Shown here: in pieces, positions 7,626 through 15,742 of the stretch
Position numbering within the stretch: position 1 is the first letter of the stretch
Layout of the letters: every line of letters starts with the position of its first letter
Assembly (NCBI GenBank): GCA_034421435.1
Contig: DAOUKJ010000027.1
Coordinates: 7,298 to 71,297 of the forward strand
Direction: 5' to 3'
DNA from: Dehalococcoidia bacterium
GTDB lineage: Bacteria > Chloroflexota > Dehalococcoidia > Lucifugimonadales > UBA2985
DNA: 64,000 bases
Notes under the pieces: generated by a model
Told to the model about the DNA's origin: nothing
The model's input: the letters and a program-made list of their open reading frames with translations, nothing else
Databases searched by the model: none
Made by a program: the position numbers and the translations under genes

Positions 7626-8788
7626 TTGCGCCGCACGGTGGCACTCTCATAGAAGGCTACGCGGACGCCGAGCAGGCACAGGCAATTCGCGAGGAAGCCG
7701 GCTCGCTGCCCAGCGTGCCCCTCAACCCGCGGCAGCTATCGGACGCGCACATGATAGCCCAGGGGGCGTTCAGCCCCCTGACGGGCTTCATGGGCCACGA
7801 GGACTACAACTCCGTGGTCAGGACCATGCGACTGGCGGACGGTCAGCCCTGGTCACTGCCCATCACGCTGGGAGTCGATTCCCTGCGCGCGGCAGACCTC
7901 AGAGAGGGCAAGCGCCTGTCCCTCACGACGGAGAGCGGCGAGGTCGTGGGCGTCCTCACGCTTGAGGGGAAATACCGCCGCGACAGGGCGGAAGAGGCCC
8001 AGGAGGTGTTCCGCACCACCGATGAGCAGCATCCGGGAGTGGCCAACATGTACCAGGAGGGCGACGTACTCCTGGGCGGCAAGGTCACCATGCTGCCTGG
8101 CCGCCCCAACCTGGAGGAGGGGGTGGAGGAGTACTATCGCACGCCCGCGGAGACGCGCGAGGCCATTGAGGGCTTGGGCTGGAACACAGTCGTAGGCTTC
8201 CAGACGCGCAACCCAGTTCACCGCGCCCACGAGTACATCCAGAAGTGTGCCATGGAGGCCAGAGACGGCCTTCTGCTGCATCCCCTGGTCGGAGAGACCA
8301 AGGGCGACGACATTCCCGCTTCGGTGCGGATGCGCTGCTACCGCGTCCTGATCGACAACTACTATCCCACCAACCGCGTGCTGCTCTCCGTGCTTCCCGC
8401 GTTCATGCGATACGCAGGCCCGCGCGAGGCCATCTTCCACGCGCTGGTCCGCAAGAACTACGGCTGCACACACTTCATCGTCGGGCGAGACCACGCAGGC
8501 GTCGGCAACTACTACGGCCCATACGATGCCCAGCACATCTTCCGGGAGTTTCCGGCCGGCAGCCTGGGAATCACCCCTCTATTCTTCGAAAACTCGTTCT
8601 TCTGCCGAAAATGCCAGGGCATGGCTACGGAGAAGACCTGTCCTTGCGGCCCGGAGAGCATTGTGAGCCTGAGCGGCACACAGGTCCGGGCAATGCTGGC
8701 GGAGGGCGATATGCCGCCGGAGGAGTTCACCCGCCCGGAGGTTGCGCGCATTCTGATGGAGCACATGGCGGCGAACAAGCCGGGCTAG
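7622..8788 (+). CDS. sat: sulfate adenylyltransferase (ATP sulfurylase)
   Basis: GFQTRNPVHRAHEYI and HFIVGRDHAGVG motifs. I place the start at TTG 7622, overlapping the cysH stop (TTGA). The ORF-track start 7532 lies inside cysH. Confidence 0.9.
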   Translation: MIAPHGGTLIEGYADAEQAQAIREEAGSLPSVPLNPRQLSDAHMIAQGAFSPLTGFMGHEDYNSVVRTMRLADGQPWSLPITLGVDSLRAADLREGKRLSLTTESGEVVGVLTLEGKYRRDRAEEAQEVFRTTDEQHPGVANMYQEGDVLLGGKVTMLPGRPNLEEGVEEYYRTPAETREAIEGLGWNTVVGFQTRNPVHRAHEYIQKCAMEARDGLLLHPLVGETKGDDIPASVRMRCYRVLIDNYYPTNRVLLSVLPAFMRYAGPREAIFHALVRKNYGCTHFIVGRDHAGVGNYYGPYDAQHIFREFPAGSLGITPLFFENSFFCRKCQGMATEKTCPCGPESIVSLSGTQVRAMLAEGDMPPEEFTRPEVARILMEHMAANKPG

Positions 8789-8809
8789 CAAGCTTCTGGG
8801 GATACTACG

Positions 8810-9181
8810 ATGGCGGTCAGCCGCAAGAAGGCGCAGGACTACGCCGACCGGCTTCTGTCGTCGCCGTCCGCCCGCGTCGAGGTGACGCTCCGCAGGTGGA
8901 AGACCTGTTCGACGTTGCTGCACAAGCGCCGCGCGATCGCGCGCTGCAAAGCGGACAGGGTGGGAACGTGGACCGCCGCGTTCGTGGCGCAGGCGCTGGG
9001 CATAGACCTGCCACCGGTAGGCGAGGGCGTAACTGTCCAAGTATCGTCGGGCACGCTGTGGCGCGCCGTCGGCATCTCCGCGCTTGACCTGCGCCAGCGA
9101 GAGGCGCGCCTGCTTCTCGGCCGCCTGCTGGAGGAGGCTGAGATGCAGCGCATGGCAGGAACGGGAATGGAGTCGCACTAA
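8810..9181 (+). CDS. hypothetical protein
   Basis: 123-aa ORF with strongly G/C-biased third codon positions (by-eye count near 85-90%), unlike the overlapping alternative frames. No recognisable motif. Confidence 0.5.
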   Translation: MAVSRKKAQDYADRLLSSPSARVEVTLRRWKTCSTLLHKRRAIARCKADRVGTWTAAFVAQALGIDLPPVGEGVTVQVSSGTLWRAVGISALDLRQREARLLLGRLLEEAEMQRMAGTGMESH

Positions 9182-9573
9182 AGGCCGGACTTCTTGCGCG
9201 CCATGCTTCCGCCTATCACCGCGCCCACCGGCGCAAGCGCGACGACCAGGGCCGCGACGCCGACGGCGATGTAGAGCGCCATACCGCCCCCGCTCAGGTC
9301 CGGGAAGCCCAGGCCCGGCAAGAGCGTCACAGCGAGCGGCAGAATAATCACCAGCGCGCCCGCGAATATCACCGCCATCAGCGCGCCAATCCATACAGCC
9401 CTCAGGGGCCTCGCCCTGGCCGACGACCCGGCAACCCAACCGCCTATCATCAGCGAAAGCGGCCCCGTCACGAAGTGAACAAGCGGTATTAGCAGGCACA
9501 GCACGGCCACGCCGCAGCCGATGAAGGCGTACTTGAATCCCAGATTCTCCCAGAGATAACTGTTCAGCCTCAC
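9178..9573 (-). CDS. hypothetical membrane protein (4 TM segments)
   Basis: 131 aa, very hydrophobic. The GTG start overlaps the stop of the uvrC-derived fragment (GTGA), as if once translationally coupled to uvrC. Confidence 0.55.
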   Translation of the reverse strand: MRLNSYLWENLGFKYAFIGCGVAVLCLLIPLVHFVTGPLSLMIGGWVAGSSARARPLRAVWIGALMAVIFAGALVIILPLAVTLLPGLGFPDLSGGGMALYIAVGVAALVVALAPVGAVIGGSMARKKSGL

Positions 9574-9646
9574 AGGAAGTCCTTGATGCGCTCTGCCAGC
9601 GTGCGGGTCATGCCGGGCACCACGTCCATGGCTGAGCGCAGTCCCT
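9564..9646 (-). repeat. copy A of the duplicated uvrC 3' end
   Basis: 9564-9620 matches 10647-10703 (57 nt, 3 mismatches). 9616-9646 matches 10798-10825, so the segment between the two VPG-coding sites of uvrC is missing. Confidence 0.8.
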
Positions 9647-9700
9647 CCACGCCTGCGCTCTTGACATGGCTGGCAACGGCTACGCCCGCGTTCCGCCTTC
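9570..9700 (-). pseudogene. uvrC C-terminal remnant with internal deletion
   Basis: Translates to ...AVASHVKSAGVEGLRSAMDVVPGMTRTLAERIKDFL*, versus genuine UvrC ...AVTYHQRSRTRKGLRSAMDVVPG[IGPK...AAVPG]MTRTLAERIKDYL*. The upstream boundary is approximate. Confidence 0.65.
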
Positions 9701-9778
9701 GCGTTGCATAAACGGCAAAGGCCGCGGCTGGCGCGGTCGGCGGCCTTTGCCCGGTCATATCGCCGTTTGTTCTCGCGG

Positions 9779-10552
9779 CTACGATGTGGAGGCCTCGCCT
9801 TCGCATGTCGTCAGTCCGTCAAATGCGGTGTGCAAGAGAATCAATGCTTCCCTGCCGCTGGCCGTGTCTGTCACCCCGCCGTCATGCTCCAAGCAAGGCG
9901 GGAAGTTAGGCTGGAAATTGATGGTGTATTCGTATCGTCCGCTGCCCCAGTTTTCCTCCTCCCAGTGGTGATTTATCTCCAGTATGTCCAGGCGGGGCAA
10001 CGCCTCTACGAATGCGGGGGCAGTGACCGACTCCATCGTATAGCCCGTCAGTCCCAAGTAATCCAATGACGTGATGCCGCTGAGAAGGTCGGCAGGGAGT
10101 TCAAAGCCGGAGTCTCGGCTATCCTGAGACGTTCGACGCTTACTCAACGAAAGGCCGCGCAGGTTGTCCATGCCCGCGAAATCCCCAGCCTCTAAGCGGT
10201 TGCCCTCCTCTTCAATGGACAGACCTTGAATGCGGGACAATTCCTCGACACCCACATACCGGCAGAGATTGACGTTGTGTAAGTCTAGCAACTTTTCTTG
10301 CATGAGTATCGAGCGGTCGCAAATGTCCTGCCGACTCTTGGTGCTCGCCAGAGCCTCTATCAAGGCCGCCTGCTGTGTAGCCAGGGTATCCACTTTCTTC
10401 TCTATGGGCGCAAGGTCGAGCACCTGCGTTGCAACTACCGGCGTGCTGTTCGCATTATCGCTAGCCGTGACCACTGCCAAGAACACGATACCTGCGACGA
10501 ACCCTGCGGCCGCTCCCATTGAGACACTTGTCCAGTTTATCACCTTGCTCAT
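9779..10552 (-). CDS. membrane-anchored leucine-rich-repeat-like protein
   Basis: N-terminal TM anchor (GAAAGFVAGIVFLAVV), then LxxLxL-type repeats (MDNLRGLSLS, ITSLDYLGLTG, LPRLDILEINH). GC is visibly lower than in the flanks. Confidence 0.55.
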   Translation of the reverse strand: MSKVINWTSVSMGAAAGFVAGIVFLAVVTASDNANSTPVVATQVLDLAPIEKKVDTLATQQAALIEALASTKSRQDICDRSILMQEKLLDLHNVNLCRYVGVEELSRIQGLSIEEEGNRLEAGDFAGMDNLRGLSLSKRRTSQDSRDSGFELPADLLSGITSLDYLGLTGYTMESVTAPAFVEALPRLDILEINHHWEEENWGSGRYEYTINFQPNFPPCLEHDGGVTDTASGREALILLHTAFDGLTTCEGEASTS

Positions 10553-10646
10553 TTCTGCCCTCCCTGTGCTTGCCGAGCATGGGATACACCCCTTGGATAC
10601 ATCCCATCAATACCCTGAAACGGGCATTTTCAGGGAACTACCCCGC

Positions 10647-10703
10647 TCAGCCTCACAGGTAGTCCTTGATGCGCTCTGCCAGAGTGCGGGTCATGCCAGG
10701 CAC
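10647..10703 (-). repeat. copy B of the duplicated segment (functional uvrC 3' end plus 6 nt downstream)
   Basis: tcagcctcacaggtagtccttgatgcgctctgccagagtgcgggtcatgccaggcac, compared with 9564-9620. Confidence 0.8.
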
Positions 10704-12524
10704 GGCCGCCAGCTCGTCCGTACTCGCGTCCTTCACGCCCTTCACCGAGCCAAACCGCCTCAGCAGCATGCGCCGACGCTTGGGGCCGATGCCCGGCACC
10801 ACGTCCATTGCTGAGCGCAGCCCCTTGCGCGTGCGGCTCCGCTGGTGATATGTGACGGCGAAGCGATGCGCCTCGTCTCGGAGGCGCTGCATCAGGAACA
10901 GCGCCGGTGAGCTGCGAGGCAGCATGATCGACTCCTGGGTGTCCCGCACGAATATCTCCTCGTGCTCCTTGGCCAGGCTGGCCAGCGGCACGTCGTCGAT
11001 GCCAAGCTCCAGGAACACCTCCACGGCCGCGTTCAGGTGGCCCTTGCCGCCGTCGATCACGACCAGGTCAGGCACTATGCCCCATGAGCGGCCCTGCGCG
11101 GCGCGGTCGTCGGGCGTAGCCTCGTCGTCCGCATCCGCCTGCGGCGCGGACTGCCCGAGGCGCTGGAACCGCCGCCTCAGCATTTCCTGCATCATCGCGT
11201 AGTCGTCGATGCCGTCCACGCTCTTGATCTTGAACCGGCGGTAGTGGGACGACTTGGGCTGGCCGTTCTCGAAGACCACCATGCTGCCCACAGGCGTCGA
11301 TCCCTGGATGTTGGAGATGTCGTAGCACTCCATGCGGCGCGGCAGGCGCGGCAGGTTGATTCCCTCCTGCAGCTCCTCCATCGCCGACTCCAGCGCGTCC
11401 TCGTCCGCGAGCCACTTCACCTTGAACTGCTCCATGCGCTGGCCGGCGTTCTCCGCCACCATCTCCACCAGCCTGCGCTTCTCGCCGCGCTGCGGCGCAC
11501 GCAGCTCAACCTTTCGGCCTCGCTTCTGCTCCAGCCAGGCCCGTATCGGGTCCGCGTCCTCTGGCGTGTGCTGGAGCAGCAGCCGTGGCGGAACATGGGG
11601 AGCGCGGTCGTAGTACTGCTTCACGAAGTCCGCCATGACGCGCTCAGGCGCGTCGTCCTGGACGCCGCCCATCACGAAGTGCTCGCGCCCAATTAGCTTG
11701 CCGCCGCGCACGAAGAACACCTCGACCCACGCCTCGTCGCCACCGCGGGCCATCGCGATCACGTCCTCGTCCTGGCCGGACAGCGAGACCACCTTCTGGC
11801 CCTCGGTGACCCGCTCGATTGCCCTGAGCTGGTCCCTGAGCCGGGACGCTCTCTCGAACTCCCAATCCTCAGCGGCCGCCTCCATCTTGTCCCTCAAGTC
11901 CTTGACCACAGCCTCCGTGCGGCCCTCCATGAACAGCACCACCTGGTCTATGACCTTGCCGTACTCCTCGCGGCTCGCGACGCCTATGCAGGGCGCAACG
12001 CAGCGGTTGATGTAGTACTCAAGACACGGTCGCGGGTCGTCGCCGCGAATCTCCCTGGTGCAGGAGCGGTAGGGGAACAGCTTCTTGAGCAGCGCCATCG
12101 TCTTCCGCACGGAGCCTGCGCTGGCGTACGGGCCGAAGTAGCGGGCGCCGTCGTTGGTGACCCGGCGTGTGACGTAGACCTGCGGAAAGTCCTCGTTGAG
12201 GCCGATCTTGAGGTAGGGGTAGGTCTTGTCGTCCTTGAGTCGTGCGTTGTACTTGGGGCGGCGGCTCTTGATGAACGTGTTTTCGAGGATGAGCGCCTCG
12301 GCCTCGGTGTCAGTGACGATGAACTCGAAGTCGGCTACGCCCGCGACCATCGTGCGTATCTTCGGCTCCAGGTTGAGCGGCGAGCCGAAGTACGACTGTA
12401 GCCGATGCCGCAGGCTGGCCGCCTTGCCGACGTAGAGCACCTGGCCCTGGGCGTCCTTGAGCAGGTAGACGCCGGGCTGCAGGGGAGTGGCCCTGAGCTG
12501 CTTGGTAATGGCGGGGCTTGGCAT
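10653..12524 (-). CDS. uvrC: excinuclease ABC subunit C
   Basis: 623 aa. N-terminal GIY-YIG (GVYLLKD...VLYVGKA), a central UvrBC/endonuclease region, and C-terminal tandem HhH (VVPGIGPKRRR...AAVPGMT). Confidence 0.95.
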   Translation of the reverse strand: MPSPAITKQLRATPLQPGVYLLKDAQGQVLYVGKAASLRHRLQSYFGSPLNLEPKIRTMVAGVADFEFIVTDTEAEALILENTFIKSRRPKYNARLKDDKTYPYLKIGLNEDFPQVYVTRRVTNDGARYFGPYASAGSVRKTMALLKKLFPYRSCTREIRGDDPRPCLEYYINRCVAPCIGVASREEYGKVIDQVVLFMEGRTEAVVKDLRDKMEAAAEDWEFERASRLRDQLRAIERVTEGQKVVSLSGQDEDVIAMARGGDEAWVEVFFVRGGKLIGREHFVMGGVQDDAPERVMADFVKQYYDRAPHVPPRLLLQHTPEDADPIRAWLEQKRGRKVELRAPQRGEKRRLVEMVAENAGQRMEQFKVKWLADEDALESAMEELQEGINLPRLPRRMECYDISNIQGSTPVGSMVVFENGQPKSSHYRRFKIKSVDGIDDYAMMQEMLRRRFQRLGQSAPQADADDEATPDDRAAQGRSWGIVPDLVVIDGGKGHLNAAVEVFLELGIDDVPLASLAKEHEEIFVRDTQESIMLPRSSPALFLMQRLRDEAHRFAVTYHQRSRTRKGLRSAMDVVPGIGPKRRRMLLRRFGSVKGVKDASTDELAAVPGMTRTLAERIKDYL

Positions 12525-12530
12525 GCCCGA

Positions 12531-12541
12531 ATTCTAGCACA
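12531..12541 (-). promoter_or_regulatory. extended -10 promoter of uvrC (predicts a leaderless mRNA)
   Basis: The minus strand reads TGTGCTAGAAT-tcgggc-ATG. The -10 hexamer ends 6 nt before the uvrC ATG and there is no SD. Confidence 0.5.
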
Positions 12542-12578
12542 GGCCGGTGTGGGAGTCATTGAGAGTTGAGGCCGCGCC

Positions 12579-12607
12579 TTGAATCTACCCGTGCGCTAGG
12601 CTACAAT
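12579..12607 (+). promoter_or_regulatory. sigma70-like promoter of ispH
   Basis: TTGAAT (12579-12584), 17-nt spacer, TACAAT (12602-12607). GAGGAGG RBS, then ATG 12627. Confidence 0.55.
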
Positions 12608-12626
12608 TGCCACAGAGGAGGAAAGC

Positions 12627-13532
12627 ATGGAAGTAGTGCTTTCAGCGCCCAGGGGATTCTGCGCCGGCGTCGTGCGTGCCATAGACGTGGTTGAGCTGAG
12701 CCTGCAGCGGTTCGGCGCGCCGATCTACGTTCGCAAGGAGATCGTCCACAACCCGTATGTGGTCGAGGACCTGCGGGGCAAGGGCGCAGTCTTCGTCGAT
12801 GAGCTCGACGAGGTGCCGGAGGGCGCAAGGGTGGTATTCAGCGCTCACGGCGTGGCCCCGACGGTTTGGCAGAACAGCAGTGAGCGCGGCCTGCAGGTGG
12901 TGGACGCCACGTGCCCGCTGGTCACCAAGGTCCACCTTGAGGCTTTGAAGTACGCACGCGAGGGCTACTCCATCCTCCTGATTGGCCACGCCTTCCACGA
13001 TGAGGTCATCGGCACGATGGGGGAGGCCCCAGACGTCAGCATACTGGTCCAGGACGCGGATGATGCGCGCACAGTCGAGGTGCCGGACCCGGACAGGGTT
13101 GTGGCCCTGACGCAGACGACGCTCAGCGTCGACGACACGGCTGAGGTCGTCGACGTGCTTGTGGAGCGCTTCCCCAACCTGCTGACCCGCAACGACATCT
13201 GCTACGCCACCTCCAACCGGCAGATTGCCGTGAAGACCATCACGTCGCAGGTCGACGTTGTGCTGGTAATCGGCGCGCAGAACTCGTCCAACTGCAACAG
13301 GCTCCGGGAGGTCGCCGAGGCCGAGGGCGTGCCCGCGTACCTGGTGAACGGCCCCGAGGAGATCGACGACGCGTGGCTGGAGGGAGCGCAGAGCGTGGGC
13401 ATCACGTCGGGCGCATCGACGCCGGAGCTGCTGGTGGACAGGGTGGTGGAGTACCTGAAGCCGGACTCCGTTCGCTACGTGGAAGCGATGGAGGAGAACG
13501 TCAGCTTCATGCTGCCCAAGGCCCTCCGCTAA
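12627..13532 (+). CDS. ispH: 4-hydroxy-3-methylbut-2-enyl diphosphate reductase
   Basis: 301 aa. PRGFCAGVVRAI, ATCPLVTKVH and SNCNRL segments carrying the three cluster Cys typical of IspH/LytB. Confidence 0.93.
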   Translation: MEVVLSAPRGFCAGVVRAIDVVELSLQRFGAPIYVRKEIVHNPYVVEDLRGKGAVFVDELDEVPEGARVVFSAHGVAPTVWQNSSERGLQVVDATCPLVTKVHLEALKYAREGYSILLIGHAFHDEVIGTMGEAPDVSILVQDADDARTVEVPDPDRVVALTQTTLSVDDTAEVVDVLVERFPNLLTRNDICYATSNRQIAVKTITSQVDVVLVIGAQNSSNCNRLREVAEAEGVPAYLVNGPEEIDDAWLEGAQSVGITSGASTPELLVDRVVEYLKPDSVRYVEAMEENVSFMLPKALR

Positions 13533-13610
13533 GCGCCCGCACGATTTGCCGGCTCAGTCCGCGCTCCAGCTCCAAGTCCCCATTCCTGAGTAGGCAATCC
13601 ATCCCCACAG

Positions 13611-13640
13611 CCGTCATTGCGGCGGAAGCCGCAATCCAGA
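13611..13640. repeat. REP-like hairpin element, type B
   Basis: ccgtcattgcggcggaagccgcaatccagag, with an attgcggc/gccgcaat stem. A near-identical copy lies at 21682-21712. Confidence 0.7.
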
Positions 13641-13690
13641 GAGAGTGCAGCAGGCTAACGCCCGAAGGTGCCACGACGGCGCATGTCCTA

Positions 13691-13782
13691 GATTTCTCGA
13701 CTCGGCTGCGCCTCGCTCGAAATGACAGTTGGTGGCGGCTGCGCGACCGTTCCAGGGTCATTCCGAACGCAGTCGAGGAATC
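13691..13782. repeat. imperfect inverted-repeat (MITE/REP-like) element, type D
   Basis: Outer arms gatttctcgact / agtcgaggaatc and inner arms tcgaaatgac / gtcattccga are complementary, with one mismatch each. Confidence 0.6.
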
Positions 13783-13849
13783 TGGGACCTCCAGCACGAC
13801 ACTACGATTCGCTGACGGCGGACACGCCTCGCCTCTTCTCCCACTTGGA

Positions 13850-14239
13850 TCACGGATTGCGCATCGTGAAATAACCCGCGCCCGGAACCGGTCTTCCGTA
13901 CCTGCCCAGCCTCAGGCGAAAGTAGGCCAAGCTCCCCGTGACCAGGCTTGCCCCCAACGTAACCGAGATCCACAGCAGGAGAGTCCCTGGCATCCCGCCG
14001 GTCACGATGCCAACTACCAGCAGAAAGCCGAGCATCCAGAGGCCGGCCGCTAGCAGCCCAGCCCCGAGATACGCCCTGGCAAGAAGTTGCGCGTGTGTGA
14101 CCTTGCGTTCCCTCTCAGGCCTGAGCCTCTTGACGAAGAAGTCCTCCGGTTGCATGAAATAGGACTGCACTACCCCAAAGGCCGTTGCGGCGAGCAACAT
14201 CCCCACCACCACCTGCAGGCCCGCTACAGCAGTGTCCAT
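13850..14239 (-). CDS. hypothetical membrane protein
   Basis: 129 aa with three hydrophobic segments. No recognised motif. Confidence 0.5.
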   Translation of the reverse strand: MDTAVAGLQVVVGMLLAATAFGVVQSYFMQPEDFFVKRLRPERERKVTHAQLLARAYLGAGLLAAGLWMLGFLLVVGIVTGGMPGTLLLWISVTLGASLVTGSLAYFRLRLGRYGRPVPGAGYFTMRNP

Positions 14240-14272
14240 GCGCCGGTTTCTATTTCAGGCCCAGCCTCTCAC

Positions 14273-14626
14273 CTAGCCCAGCACTACAGTGAGCACGCCG
14301 AGAATGATGACTATGAATCCGGTGATGATGCCTATTCGCTTCATCTCCGGCCAGACATACGGGTTGTTCGTGCGAGCAGCAGCGACGGGCGCCTGCCTTG
14401 CCGCAGGCGCAGGCCTCGTCGTCTCAGGCGTGCCGGCCGAAACGGCGGGAGCGGCAGCCTCCTGACGCGTCACCGTGGCCGTCGAAGCCGGCGCAGCCCC
14501 GACCGGGACGCCCTCCCTGACCACCGGCAAGCTCGCCTCAACGCCGGTGTGATGCTTCGACGCTCTTCGCTTTTTCTGTCCCAGCTCAGCCTGCTTGGCG
14601 GCCACTCGCCGTGACTTCCTAGGCAT
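14273..14626 (-). CDS. hypothetical protein with basic N-terminus, Ala/Pro-rich linker and C-terminal TM anchor
   Basis: 117 aa. GGAGA RBS 7 nt upstream of the ATG. The C-terminus is IGIITGFIVIILGVLTVVLG. Confidence 0.5.
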   Translation of the reverse strand: MPRKSRRVAAKQAELGQKKRRASKHHTGVEASLPVVREGVPVGAAPASTATVTRQEAAAPAVSAGTPETTRPAPAARQAPVAAARTNNPYVWPEMKRIGIITGFIVIILGVLTVVLG

Positions 14627-14790
14627 TGGATCGTCTCCTGTTCATTGACCTGCGGGCAGATCCCGATTCCCCAATAGCATAAGGCTCATTGCAGCTTGAT
14701 GGAAGGGGGTTGTATTTCAGTTTGGGCGAAATCCACGATGTCAGTGCCTCCGGCGCCCAACCGGCGACCGGGATCGTCGGCAGGGAGCCG

Positions 14791-15711
14791 TCACGCCCTG
14801 GGGTGTGCTCGGTCGTACTCCTCGTGAACGTGCTCCTGCGCAAGATGCGTGTAAACCTGCGTAGTGGTGATGCTGGCGTGACCCAGCAGCTCCTGCAGGT
14901 ATCGAATGGGCGCGCCGCCGCGCAGCATGTGCGTGGCGAACGTGTGCCGAAGCGTGTGAGGCGTGATGGGCGTCGTGATGTCGGCCCTGCGACCGCACTC
15001 CTTCAGCGCCAGCCAGAACCCCTGCCGGGTGAGTCGCTCACCGCGACGGTTCAGGAACAGGGCGTCCTCGCGCTCGTCGAGCTCTCGGCGGTTCTCGAGG
15101 AACTGCGGCCGGATGTGCCTCAGGTAGTCCTCCAGCACAACGGCGGCCTCATCGTGCAGGCTGATGAGGCGCTCCTTGGAGCCCTTTCCCATGCAGCGCA
15201 CGAACTTCTCCCTCAGGTTCAGGTTGTCGATGGACATGCCCACCAGCTCGCTGACGCGCATGCCGGTTGCATACATCAGCTCGATCATGGCTGAGTCGCG
15301 GCGCGACTCGGCGGAGCCGCCGGTCGCGGCCGCCTCCAGCAGCCTGCCCATCTCGTCCTCGCTGAGTGACTTGGGCAGCGAGCGGCCTATCTTCGGCGAG
15401 GAAATGGCCTCGGTGGGGTCCTCCCAGACCAGCCCCTCCTCGATGAGGAAGTTGAAGAAGGACTTGACCGCGGCGATCTTCCTGGCGCGGGTGGTGGGGG
15501 AGTAGCCGCGCTCCTGCAGGTCGATCACGTAGCGGGTCAGCACCTGCGGGTCGACCGACTCCCAGTCCGCGCGCCCAGCCGGCAGCCCGCCAGACTCCTC
15601 CAGGAACTCGACGAGCTGGACCAGGTCGTTGCCGTACGCTGCGACCGTGTTTCCGGACAGCCCTCGTTCAGAGGTGAGGTAGTCCAGGAATGACGTTACG
15701 GTATCCCTCAC
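14791..15711 (-). CDS. site-specific tyrosine recombinase, XerC/XerD family
   Basis: FLDYL..ERGLSGNTVAAYGNDL N-terminal domain and HTLRHTFATHML...LGHASITTTQVYTH catalytic region. I prefer GTG 15711 (GGAGG 6 nt upstream). The alternative ATG 15744 overlaps the predicted -10. Confidence 0.88.
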   Translation of the reverse strand: MRDTVTSFLDYLTSERGLSGNTVAAYGNDLVQLVEFLEESGGLPAGRADWESVDPQVLTRYVIDLQERGYSPTTRARKIAAVKSFFNFLIEEGLVWEDPTEAISSPKIGRSLPKSLSEDEMGRLLEAAATGGSAESRRDSAMIELMYATGMRVSELVGMSIDNLNLREKFVRCMGKGSKERLISLHDEAAVVLEDYLRHIRPQFLENRRELDEREDALFLNRRGERLTRQGFWLALKECGRRADITTPITPHTLRHTFATHMLRGGAPIRYLQELLGHASITTTQVYTHLAQEHVHEEYDRAHPRA

Positions 15712-15742
15712 TTGTTGCCTCCGCAGGCTCAGATGTGCCTCC

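Noticed and set aside
8579-9499. A 306-aa minus-strand ORF covering the sat 3' end, the 8810-9181 ORF and part of the membrane-protein gene.
   Set aside because: It overlaps three better-supported genes, has an Arg-rich low-complexity translation, and lacks the third-position GC bias seen in the + strand frame 8810-9181.
9570-9806. A 78-aa ORF that could be called as a small HhH protein gene.
   Set aside because: Its C-terminus is a near-copy of the UvrC C-terminus with an internal deletion, and its N-terminal part is low-complexity. It is better described as a uvrC remnant (pseudogene), although it may still be translated.
12525-12626. An SOS/LexA operator (GAAC-N4-GTTC type) upstream of uvrC, and likewise upstream of dinG (25457-25560).
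   Set aside because: I found no such palindrome in either region by eye. The shared sequence is explained by the -10 element plus the start codon context.
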